Assembly (NCBI RefSeq): GCF_000143415.4
Contig: NW_003314307.1
Location: 382,859 to 446,858 of the forward strand
Length of the DNA stretch: 64,000 bases
Direction of reading: 5' to 3'
Source of the DNA: Selaginella moellendorffii
Taxonomy: Eukaryota; Plantae; Lycopodiophyta
A program made the position numbers and the translations under genes. Below, piece by piece: positions 12,032 to 23,187 of this stretch; the stretch's first letter is position 1; the number at the start of each line of letters is the position of its first letter. Below the pieces are notes generated by a model that was not told the DNA's origin, did no database searches, and saw only the letters and a list, made by a program, of their open reading frames with translations.

Positions 12032-14101
12032 TCAGCAGACACCATTTGTTTTGCTTAGCGCGAACTTCTTCCAGACCTTGAAAGCTCGCTGCGAGTTGCG
12101 AATGTCCTCAAACACGGAAGCCTTTCGTAGATCCAGCTGGGCCTTCACCTCCCCCGGTTCGGCATCTAAGAGCTCTTTCTTGATCTCCGGATCCTTGGCT
12201 AAAGCTTCGGTTACAGCCTGGATTAGCCGAGGGGGATGAGCGTCCAGGTACTTGAACACCGCAACAATGTCGGAGACGAGACGATCGGCCAGAGTCCTGC
12301 TGAAGTCCTCCCGGACAACGACTCGGAGCAGCGTAACATCCTGGGCATCCGGAGCCATGGTGTAAGCAGGAACGATCCAGCCGTAGCGGCGGAGATGGTC
12401 AGCAATCTCGTACTCGTCGTGGTTCTTGCGGTCTTTGAGCGAGAACGCTACCACTGGAACTCCAATTTCCTTGGAGAGAATGACGAAGCGGCCAGTGGCA
12501 ACGAGAGCATCAGCCAGGATTTTAGCATTGGCTTGGCAGTTTTGCATGATAGACTTGTATCCCTGTGTAGAAATCCATAAGAAAAAGGAGATTGTTCTTT
12601 GTTCTTAAACTTACCCTGAAGCCGAGACGAATGAGCTGGTAATACTGAGCTATAATCTGACTAGCACCTGTGGTAAAAGACAGAATGATAAGAGAGTGAT
12701 AGAACAAAAGAACACTCAAAGAACCTTTGGAAAAATTGAGAGTGAAAGTTGGCTGGTCGGCTCCAAGATAATTGATGTGGAAGACGAGCTCTTCCGGAAG
12801 ATCTTCCTTGCCTCTCCAGATAACCCAGCCAATCCCAGCGTACACCAATCCATACTTGTGGCCACTCACATTGATGCTCTTGACAAGAGGCAATCGAAAA
12901 TCCCACTCCAAATCTGGATAGAGGAATGGAGCGATGAATCCTCCACTGGCAGCATCAACGTGGATAGGAGTATCCCATCTAAGGCAAGAAAACGATAAGT
13001 TTCAAGCTTTTTCTCGACGAACACAGAGAGATATTTTACCCAGTTTCTTTGTTCTTTTTTTCCAAGAGCTCGTTGAGGAGCTTCACGTCTTCGAACTCTC
13101 CGTTGTAAGTGGAACCAAGGATGGCTGCAATGCAAATGGTGTTCTCGTCCACCATCTCCACCGCCTTGTGTGGATCCATCACGTAGTAATCCTTGCTCAG
13201 CTTCACTTCCTTGAGCTCCACTTCAAAGTAGCGAGCGAACTTCTCCCAGCAAACCTGGTAATTTCATCAACAGTTCTCAGCATTCATTCTCTCCAAGAAA
13301 AGATGCACAAAACTTCATGGACGAAACTGAAGAGAAACCAACCTGGACGTTTGATCCAGTGACAATGTTTGGCTTATCCCATGGCTTTCCTTCGGCCTTC
13401 CTCTTGTTTTGCCACTTTCGCTTGAGAGCTAAGCCAGCCAGCATTATCGCCTCGGAAGAACCAATAGTTCCAGCTCCAATTGCTTGCTCCGAGTCTCCCA
13501 CTGGAGCATTGAACAGCCGAGCGATCATGTTCACGCATCGATCCTACGAGCAAAACAAAAAACCATTAATTTAAGAGAAAAAAAAACGCTAGCGTTTCTC
13601 CACTCACACGAAAAACCAATTAAGAAAACAATGCGAACATGCAAAGTCATGCTCGAAAGATATTTTCTTTTCGAACCTGGAGCTCTGTGGTCACCGGATA
13701 CTCGTCCATATCGATGTAATTCTTGTTGAGCGAGGCCATGACGAGCTTATCACACTCGGGCTCCATCCAAGTGGTGACGAAGGAGGCGAGATTGAGACGA
13801 GGATTTCCATCCAGCATGAGCTCGTCCGAGATAATCTGATAAGCGGCATCCTTGGGCGTCTCTTGGTCGGGAATGCGGTACCTAGAGAAATGAAAAGAAG
13901 TGAGCCTCGACATCTCGAAAGACAAATCCCAGGATGGATCTCGGCAGGGCCAGATCCACTCGTGGCGACGCGAAAAAATGCGATTTTGGTCGAGCACTCG
14001 GGATGGTTTTCTTCTTACTTTGATACCGACGATTGCGAGTAGCGAGAAGCAAACGTGGACTGGAGGCTGGAATCCGCCTCGGAGGTCATTGTGAGAACCA
14101 T
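12032..14101 (-). CDS. GAD: Glutamate decarboxylase
   Basis: MVL..STFASRY; [27 protein letters not shown]; [15 protein letters not shown]; IHVDAASGG; PLP lysine motif [10 protein letters not shown]; GWIVPAYTM; C-terminal WKKF..KTNGVC calmodulin-binding tail. Confidence 0.96.
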
Positions 14102-14520
14102 CTTGAATACCTTTTTTTTGTACTTGCTCCTGTTCTTCTTTTTGCGCTGGAGGATCTCGTGGCTCAAATACAAACCACAGCGCAAGGGGCAGAAAGGGAG
14201 AGATCACCAAGAGAACAGCGCTTGAGAGACACTAGGCAACTCACAAGAGACCCGTGTTATGCCTTCCAACTAAGAACCCCCCCTTTTCCTCACGGAATTT
14301 TGCCTTTTTTTTTCTGCTCTGTTTTTTTTTTCGCGTCAAAAGTATGCGCGTTAGGTACGCGTAGATAACTTGGACTTACGTTTTACTAGACATTTTGTAG
14401 CATATGATAGAGATATGAGAGTGGTTTCCTATTGTTTTTATTCATTCCAGAAATATATAAACCCATGATTGATACGAGAATAGTTTTATATTTTTTTTAT
14501 ACATTTCGAGAAATTGTTGA

Positions 14521-14594
14521 GGCCGCGTAGCGCAGTGGATTAGCGCGTAAGACTTCGGATCTGAAGGTCGTGGGTCCGAATCCCACCGTTGTCG
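14521..14594 (+). tRNA. tRNA-Arg(TCG), degenerate, possible pseudogene
   Basis: GGCCGCGTAGCGCAGTGGATTAGCGCG-TAAGA-CTTCGGA-TCTGA-AGGTCGTGGGTCCGAATCCCAC-CGTTGTCG. Cloverleaf with TCG anticodon, but the T-loop reads TCCG instead of TTCG and the acceptor and anticodon stems each have a mismatch. Confidence 0.8.
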
Positions 14595-14651
14595 ATGTTT
14601 CTAGTTAATACCCAGGTAAGAAAAATATTGCTCGTTAGAATAATCCGCATT

Positions 14652-16088
14652 TTACTTGAAGTATGTTGAATCTGGATCGCCAGTAATGTTTAGCGGGTAA
14701 CTAGCGGCCCATTGTTGAAATTCCTTCCACCGGCCCCACAGATCCCCGGGCGTCAACTCCGTCACCCAAGCCGGCATAAAGTCGGCTATGGAAGTTGTCT
14801 CTGCTGCGAAGTTTTGGATCCTTGTCATGCGAGGGATTCGAAGCTCTTCATACCTGTTTGAGGAAACCTCGCGGGACAACTTATGATCTGATCGTCACAC
14901 AACTTTACCTGATCACTGCTCGCTTGAGATCTTCAGGACTTCCAGCCGCGAGGGCGGGCGAGAGAAGCTCACAGAGCTGATGAGCGTCTTCGAAGGCTGT
15001 TCTTGCTCCTTGGCCAGGGCCCCAATGCATCGCATGCGCAGCTAAAACGAGAGATTCTAAGAGACTCGTGTGTTTCTCAAGAACTTACCATCGCCCATGA
15101 GCACCACCCTGTGATCGAGATCGCTCCAGCTCTCGAGTGGAATTCGGTCCTTGATTCTCCTCTGGAATATCTGCCCCGCCTCGGTTGCTTCCACCGCGAC
15201 TTTGAGCGGCTCCCACGCGGGAGACGAGCCCAGAAGCTTGTCAATCTCCTGCAGCACCCTCGCCTTGCCGGATTCATCGCAAAATCCATCGCTGGATCCC
15301 TTCGCGGTGCTGCGATCCTCAACTCTAAGCACCCACAGCGTGTAATCCTCGCCTAGAGCAGCAAGAACAGTGTCAATTTCCGTACAAGAGCACCGTACCG
15401 GCGTCGACGAGGAAGGACACTGATGGGCCCTTTCGGATGCTTGCGATCTGGTCGCGATCGTGCACCGAAAATCTCCCAGGATTGTGGACGAGCGCGTTCC
15501 AGTTGATGAGATGGAGATCCCGCGGGCGATCGGCGGGATACATCGCTCGCCTCACCGCCGAGTTGATTCCATCGGCGCCCACCACGAACTTGGCGCGGAA
15601 TATCGCGACCTCACCGCCACACTGGAATCGCAGCGCCACGGATTGATCTTCCAGGCAGTAGTCGAGGAGCGCGTGGGAGCAGTGGATGTACAGAGCTGGG
15701 ACTCGCGAGGCGAGGATGGATCTGGCGCTGCGCCATTTCACGACGTAGAACTCGTCGTCCCGGACACCATCATACCTCGTCACAAAGGTCTCGTCGCCAT
15801 TGCGCGATCCACAGAATGTGACCTTGGTTGTTTTGGTGATGCTCGCGACCGATTTGATCGCCGCCGAGAGGCCGACACTGATGCCATCCAAGGCGCGGCT
15901 GGCTGCGCATCAATCCAATCCGTTGGAGAGGAAAAGATTGGGAGATTTATACCATTGGGACCGAGGCTGGTGGCCGTGGCGGTGTCCACGATGAGGTTTG
16001 GGGATTTCTCGAACACGTGAGCTTGGATTCCTCGAGAATGTAGGCCTGCGGCAAGCGCAAGGCCCGCGTCAACTATGGCCACTTCCAT
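14652..16088 (-). CDS. FAD-dependent monooxygenase, copy 1 (frame open but GxGxxG motif damaged; possibly non-functional)
   Basis: Same exon structure as copy 3, with VVGADGINSAVR and GD/AAHAMHWGPGQG..AFEDA. N-terminus reads VDAG---LALAAG. The codon matching the copy-3 start ATG is GTG (16103); the next in-frame ATG is at 16088. Confidence 0.75.
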
Positions 16089-17029
16089 CACCGGCTTGTC
16101 CACGCTCTTCCAACTGTTCGTACAGGGAGTCGTACCTGGGAGGTTAAAAAATCTTGAGCATTAAAAAATGAAATAAAATCTGAACTAAATATTCCTGTTG
16201 TCATCAGATGCCCTTTGGTGATTTTATTTTTCAGCAAGCCAGCCACGGTTTCAGAGACCAGTTACAATCTCACGTTCTGTTTATGATTATCCTTAGAAAG
16301 ATTGTTTTGGCCCATCTTGTCTCATGGCTACAAAGTTGGCAATGTTGTTCTTTGCCAAGAGTGCAATGCATTTATTTAGGATCAGCAACTTCAATGGCTC
16401 CACCTCCGATCAAGTTTGACTACATACAAAGCATCCCATACAGCTAAGCTCAGATTAAGAATAAAATAAAGTAAATGGAGAATTATAACTTCGCATATAT
16501 GTTAATACAAATACTTCTACTAAACATGTTTTTTGCAAAGCAAACGACCGATGCACTCGGACAAGCTGACCTGGCAGCAGCACCTGCCACAATTCATCAA
16601 GAAAGATTCATTTGAGTATTGGATTGAGAGATTGTTAAAACAGCATTCTTGCAACTGCATCCATCAGTCTCCTGCTTAGAAGAGCAAAGGCGAGGCCTCT
16701 GGCCAAAAAGCTGGTAGACGCAAAGGGAGCGAGAAAGGGAGGAGGGAGTGTGGCGGGAGCCGGGACCTAGGGAGATGAAGGAATGTAAGTGTGGGAATGG
16801 AGGGAGTGAAAAGACCCTCACAACAAACTTGCAAACTTGTTTGCAGTTTTATGTTTCTTGTTAGGCACCACAAAACTGCCAAAACAGAATATAAATAATT
16901 CACATTACAGTTGAATTTATTATTTTGTACGAAATGGAATTAATTCCTGCTCATTCGCTACTATGTTTGCGCTATTACTCACCCCGTCTGTTATTCGTAC
17001 CGGCCGTTATAAAATACGTCTAAATCATT

Positions 17030-19297
17030 TTTTATCTGGATCATCAGTCATGTTTAGCAGGTAACTAGCGGCCCAGTGTTGAAATTCCTTCGTCCGGCAC
17101 CTCTGATCTGAGGGCGTCAACTGTGTCACCCAAGCCGGTATGAAGTCTGCTACTCTGCTGCGTAGTTTTGGAACATTGTCATGCGAGGGATTCGAACCTG
17201 TTTGAAAGAACCTTGCGTTATAACTTCTGATCGTCGTGAGACTTCACAAAACTTTACCTGATCACTGCTAGCTTGAGATCTTCCGGATTTCCAGCTGCGA
17301 GGGCGGGGGAGAGAAGCTCACAAAGCTGATGTGCGTCTTTGAAGGCTGTTCTTGCTCCTTGGCAGGGGCCCCAATGCATCGCATGAGTAGCTACCCTTCA
17401 ACTCCCCCTTCCTGCTCTCACATCCACATCCTAGCTAGTTGCATATATGCCCATCTTGGACTCCAGTCTTTAACTGTGTTCCACTACGCGTTTCTTTGGG
17501 CCTCAGAGTATTTGTTTGAAAGGAGTAGAGGGAAGTTTTACTGATCAAAATGCAGCGATCCAAATTCCAGGCTCCAGTCGCCTCTGCGGAAAAGAGAGAA
17601 GAGATTCATGTAACTTCTCCACACAAAACCTCGTCAAAAACTGCCCATGAGCACCACCCTGTGATCCAGATCGCTCCAGCCCTCTGGTGGAATTCTGTCC
17701 TTGATTCGCCTCTGAAAGATCTTCCCTGCCTCCACCGCGACTTTGAGCGGCTCCCACACGGGAGAATCTGTTTGAGGATTTCCTTTTAAAGAGTTTTTCC
17801 ATGCCACATCATCAAAATTCCTTATATATTCTAAAAGAAAATAATATACTTTTATATACCTTGTTAAATATATAAATATAAAGATATTTTAAATATTAAT
17901 GATAATAATTTCAATAAAAATAATCAAAATTTAAAATATATCTATTAGAAAAGAAATCAAATAAATTAAAACTTTTGCATAATTGCAAATTATTGTGCTC
18001 ACTCTTTGCCTCAATCATAGAAGTCTTTGTAGTAATTGCATCCATCAATAAGAGCTCACAGCCCTAATTTTCATTTTTCAACTTAAACCCCAAACAATTC
18101 AAAAACCATTTAGTGCCTAGAGATTTTAAGACATTTTTCCCTAAAATAGATCAAAGAAATGAATGGTTTTTTTGTGTAGTGGCAAGAGGATGCAACTTAA
18201 AGTTTCTTTGTGAGGATTATCCACTAGGGGCTTTACACTTTAACAACTAAACAATATAAGATGGATGGAATCTTGTTATTATTTGTTGTGGGGTGACACA
18301 TGCTTCAACAACTAAACTCACTAAAATCTATAGTTACTTTAAAAATTGGTAGAAAGTGAGAAACAATGGTAAGATTTTCAGTGCACAATTGAGACTAACA
18401 AGCATCTGGAGCACCCATCAGTGTCTTTCCTCATCGATGCAGGTACAGTTCTCTCATACAGAATTTGACACTGTTCTAGGTGAGGATTACACTTTAGCAT
18501 TGAGGATCACAGGATCCAGTGATGGATTTTGCAATGAATCCAAAGTGTATTCACTTTAAGGTTTTTGGTGTTTGGCAGTCCGGCCATGGAATATCCTAGT
18601 TTATTTTATAAAATAACTGGTAAAATCTAAATTTAAATTTACTTAAAGATTTTAAATTTTTATTTTTATAAATCTTAAATAAAATTATAAAACTCAGTTT
18701 GTTCTTTTAGGATTGTGGACGAGCGCGTTCCAGTTGATGAGATGGAGATCCTGCGGGCGATCGGCTGGATACATCGCTCGCCTCACCGCCGAGTTGATTC
18801 CATCGTGGCGCGGAATATCGCGACCTCACCGCCACACTGGAATCGCAGCGCCACGGATTGATCTTCCAGGCAATAGTCGAGGAGCGCGTGGGAGCAGTGG
18901 ATGTACAGAGCTCGGACGCGCGAGGCGAGGATGGATCTGGCGCTGCGCCATTTCACGATGTAGAACTCGTCGTCCGGACCCCATCATACCTCGTCACAAA
19001 GGTTTCCTTGCCATTGCGCGATCCACAGAATGTCCCCTTGGTACCGATTTGATTGCCGCCGAGAGGCCGACACTGATGCCATCCAAGGCGCGGCTGGCTG
19101 CGCATCAATCCAATCCGTTGGAGAGGAAAGCTTGGGAGATCTATACCATTGGGACCGAGGCTGGTGGCCGTGGCGGTGTCCACGATGAGGTTTGAGGATT
19201 TCTCGAAGACATGAGCTTGGATTCCTCGAGAATGTAGGCCTGCGGCAAGCGCAAGGCCGGCCAGCCCCGCGTCAACTATGGCCACTTCCATCACCAT
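17030..19297 (-). pseudogene. FAD-dependent monooxygenase, copy 2: disrupted and chimeric
   Basis: Homology to copies 1 and 3 at about 17030-17765 and 18710-19297, with deletions and frameshifts. There is an insert of about 200 bp near 17390-17590 and an AT-rich block at about 17770-18710 that holds an inverted gene fragment. Confidence 0.85.
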
Positions 19298-19941
19298 GCG
19301 CGTGTTCTTGCGAAATAATCAAATAAAATCTGAACCAAATATTCCTGTTGTCATCACATGCCCCTTGGTGATTTTATTTTTCAGCAAGCCGGCCACGATT
19401 TCAGATACCAGTTACGCGGAGGTTTGCTGGCGCCGGCCGTGATCGTCGAGAATAGGAGGGGCACGAAGTAGACCTTGGCGGCGCGCTGGTACTTTCCATT
19501 GCTCGTGCTCTGCTTGGAAGATTTTGGATGGTGTTCTTGGTGGTTCTTGCGGTCCCCGTGGATCGTCTCGTGTCCCGAGTTCTTGTCAATCTTGTCCGGA
19601 GGATCAAACTTGGTCTGCCAGCCCGCGATGATCATCTCCTCTGGAGAATCCGTCTTCTTGAAGTGGCCTCGTTTCCATGAGCTAAACAAGAACATCTGAC
19701 ACAACTCCATCCTTAGAAAGATCGTTTGGCCCATCTCGTCTCATGGCTACAAAGTTGGCAATGCTGTTCTTCACCAAGAGTGATTAAGGTAATGCTTTGC
19801 ATTCATTTAGGATTAGCAACTTCAATGGCTCCCACCACAGGGATCAAGTTCGACTACATACAAAGCACCCCTTGGCTCATATAGACTAAGATGTAGATGT
19901 TTATATTATAACCTGTGGAATCAATTATATTTGCAATAATT

Positions 19942-21458
19942 TTACTTGAAGTATGTTGAATCTGGATCACCAGTCATGTTTAGCGGGTAACTAGCGGCCC
20001 AGTGTTGAAACTCCTTCATCCGGCACCTCTGATCTGAGGGCGTCAACTGTGTCACCCAAGCCGGTATAAAGTCGGGTATGCAGGTTGTCTCTGCTGCGTA
20101 GTTTTGGAACTTTGTCAAGCGAGGGATTCGAAGCTCTTCATACCTGTTTGAAAGAACCTTGCGTTATAACTTCTGACCGTCGTGAGACTTCACACAACTT
20201 TACCTCATCACTGCTCGCTTGAGATCCTCCGGATTTCCAGCCGCGAGGGCGGGGGAGAGAAGCTCACAAAGCTGATGAGCGTCTTCGAAGGCTGTTCTTG
20301 CTCCTTGGGCGGGGCCCCAATGCATCGCATGAGCAGCTAAAAAGAGAGAAGAGATTCATGTAACTTCTCCACGCAAAACTTCATAAAAAAAAAAAAACTT
20401 ACCATCGCCCATGAGCACCACCCTCTGATCCAGATTGCTCCAGCTCTCGAGTGGAATTCGGTCCTTGATTCTCCGCTGGAAGATCTGCCCCGCCTCGGTT
20501 GCTTCCACCGCGATTTTGAGCGGCTCCCACGCGGGAGACGAGCCCAGAAGCTTGTCAATCTCTTCCAGCACCCTCGCCTTGCCGGATTCATCGCAAAACC
20601 CCCCGCTAGATTCCTTCGCGGTGCTGCGATCCTCAACTCTAAACACCCACAGCGTGTAATCCTCGCCTAGAGCAGCAAGAACAGTGTCAACTTCCGTACA
20701 AGAGCTAGATCATCCAGACCGGAGGACCGTACCGGCGTCGACGAGGTAGCATAGCGATGGGCCGCTCCGGATGAGTGCGATCTGGTCTCGATCGTGCACC
20801 GAAAATCTCCCAGGATTGTGGACGAGCGCATTCCAATTAATGAGGTGGAGATCCCGTGGACGATCGGCAGGATACATCGCTCGCCTCACCGCCGAGTTGA
20901 TTCCATCGGCACCCACCACGAACTTGGCACGGATTATCGTGGCCTCACCGCCGCATTGGAATCGCAGCGCCACGGACTGATCGTCCAGGAAGTAGTCGAG
21001 GAGCACGTGAGAGCAGTGAATGTACCGAGCTGGGACGCGCGAGGCGAGGATGGATCTGGCGCTGCGCCATTTCACGACGTAGAGCTCGTCCTTGCCATAG
21101 CTCGTCACCAGGGTTTTGTCACCGGCGCCATTGCGCGATCCACACAACGTGGCCTTGGTCGTCTTGGTGAGGCTCGCAACCGACTTGATCGCCGCAGAGA
21201 GGCCGACAATGATCCCATCCAAGGCGCGGCTGGCTGCGCATCAATTCCATCGGGGAAAGATTGAGCGAGGAGATCTAGAAGAGATTTGGGGAGTATACCA
21301 TTGGGGCCGAGGCTGACCGCCGTGGCTGTGTCCGCGATGAGGTTTGGGGATTTCTCGAACACGTGAGCTTGGATTCCTCGAGAATGTAGGCCCGCTGCGA
21401 GAGCAAGGCCGCCCAGCCCCGCGCCAACGATGGCCACTTCCATCACCGGCTTATCCAT
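19942..21458 (-). CDS. FAD-dependent monooxygenase (class A flavoprotein hydroxylase type), copy 3, intact, 5 exons
   Basis: MDKPVMEVAIVGAGLGGLALA (GxGxxG), VFEK, VVGADGINSAVR (DG motif) and VVLMGD/AAHAMHWGPAQG..AFEDA (GD motif). Exons splice in frame with GT-AG and end GDPDSTYFK-stop. Confidence 0.9.
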
Positions 21459-22081
21459 GCTCGAAGAACTGCCAGGAGAGGGCTTCGTACTTGGGACTTG
21501 TTCTTGTTAACACCGGGGTCGTGGGCTCGAACCCATGTTGGCCGAAGCTTGATTTGAGATATATCCGTTTCAAAACTATTTACTTAGTTTTTAGTTTTCC
21601 TCGCTTCAATAGCAATAGTGCCATCTTGACTCTAACCTAAAGTGTTGAAGGATAGCTCTTAATATCCAGAAGAAAGAACTTTGCAAAAATATTGTACATA
21701 CCTTTTTTACACTCTTTGAAGTTCTATTGGACAACTTATCATAGTAGAAACTGATTCAGGGATCTATTATTAAGCCCACACCATAATTGATACTTGTAAT
21801 CTAAAATTACTTTAGTAGAGAGAAGAAAATAAACACATTCACTCATACTTATATATTGATTGGTGGCTCTCACCTTGCTTGCTGTATCTTAGTGTCAAGA
21901 GCTTTTAGAGCAACATTGGATTTTCCAGAAACTATTCTCCGTCGTCATTGTGTGCTGACAAATGTGCAAGTTGAGCAAGCATTGGGATAGATTGAATGGT
22001 TGATACTTCTAATTTAAGAGTGGGTAGCATTATTTATTTGGATATCTTATGTAGCTCATAAAACTTTGTTTTAGCCACATG

Positions 22082-23187
22082 TGTCGCGAATGTGACTTCG
22101 GGTATTGAAAGTTACCTGTCGACTAGTCCTTACGGACACTCTTACCTTACTGCCACGATAGCAGGAGGTCAGTATTGCTGGTCCCTTTTATGGTCTTCAC
22201 TCAAGCTAGTTGAGAAATTGGTCATCACGTGTGCACTTGACTAGATGAGCATAAAGATGGAATTCCTACGTGCTATTTTTCAAGCATACTTGACCTGGTT
22301 AGAGAAACTCATTCGTTGACTTACATTTGCTAGTGTTGAGAACCCTCGCGATATTGAGATTGGTCCCTCAATATCGCTAGATGATACCTTACCGTGTCTA
22401 CTAAACACCCTCGCTATCATGCCCTTTGTGTTAGTCTCATTTCGGTCCCAAATGCTATTTATGGAAAGTATCCAAATTTGCTCATTTGGCATATCTACGG
22501 AATGTAAAGATCATCCTGAACACAATGGTGTTTGTCCTATGTCTAAATTCGCAATCTAGGGACATTCCATATTTAATAAGTTTCAAGCTTGTCCTAGAGA
22601 CTAACTCTTGATACTAAGGGAGGCTTGGGGTGAAAGCCCAAAGTGTGTGTCCCTCAAGGGGGGGGATGTGGGGGGTTTTAAATGTATAGTAGGGATAATG
22701 GGTAGGTCAGGCATGGCTAACTAATCTGAGGCATAGTCTAGCTCCCACTTGCGTGCCTGTCCTTGTTCTGTGTCCGGCTTGGGTCTTAGTTGGTGGAATA
22801 CCCATATCCTCACGTTAGACCACCGGTATGCCGAAATAGCGCCAGACTCCGTTTGGCTCCGTTTTGCATGCTGGTCCTAGCATTGGGATGTTGGTTACTT
22901 TAGGACTGTTCCAAGTCGCTCCGGGCTCCTATCCCTTCGCTCCTTGGGCTGTATGCTCGGGAGTTGCTCCGTGGTTTGGTTCCATCACTCCTTGGCTCCA
23001 TGCTTGGGAGTTTGGCACCGTTGCCCAAGGCCCTGAGCCTCGGGTTCCTATAGACACGTGGCATGGACACGTGGCATGTGACACGTGGCATCTGTCACGT
23101 GGCACAAAGAGGGTTTAGGTTCTGCTTTGTGGTGTTATCCTATGGTAAATCACCATAGGATAAAGGGTCAAAACCATGTGCGCTACA
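22082..23187 (+). repeat. 5' LTR (about 1.1 kb)
   Basis: Direct repeat of 28175-29300, TG...CA ends, followed by the PBS. Confidence 0.93.

Noticed and set aside
2973-21458. Possible biosynthetic gene cluster (GDSL, GAD, monooxygenases)
   Set aside because: No scaffold-forming enzyme (TPS, PKS, OSC), and housekeeping genes are interspersed; only a tandem array is supported.
14652-21458. Calling the monooxygenases zeaxanthin epoxidase (ABA1)
   Set aside because: No transit peptide, no FHA domain and a divergent GD motif; only the superfamily is shared.
22280-22492. 70-aa minus-strand ORF also present at 28373-28585
   Set aside because: The repetition is explained by LTR duplication; there is no independent sign of coding.
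23053-23104. Short regularly spaced repeats resembling a CRISPR array
   Set aside because: Units are 13-14 bp with no unique spacers, there are no cas genes, and the context is a eukaryotic LTR.
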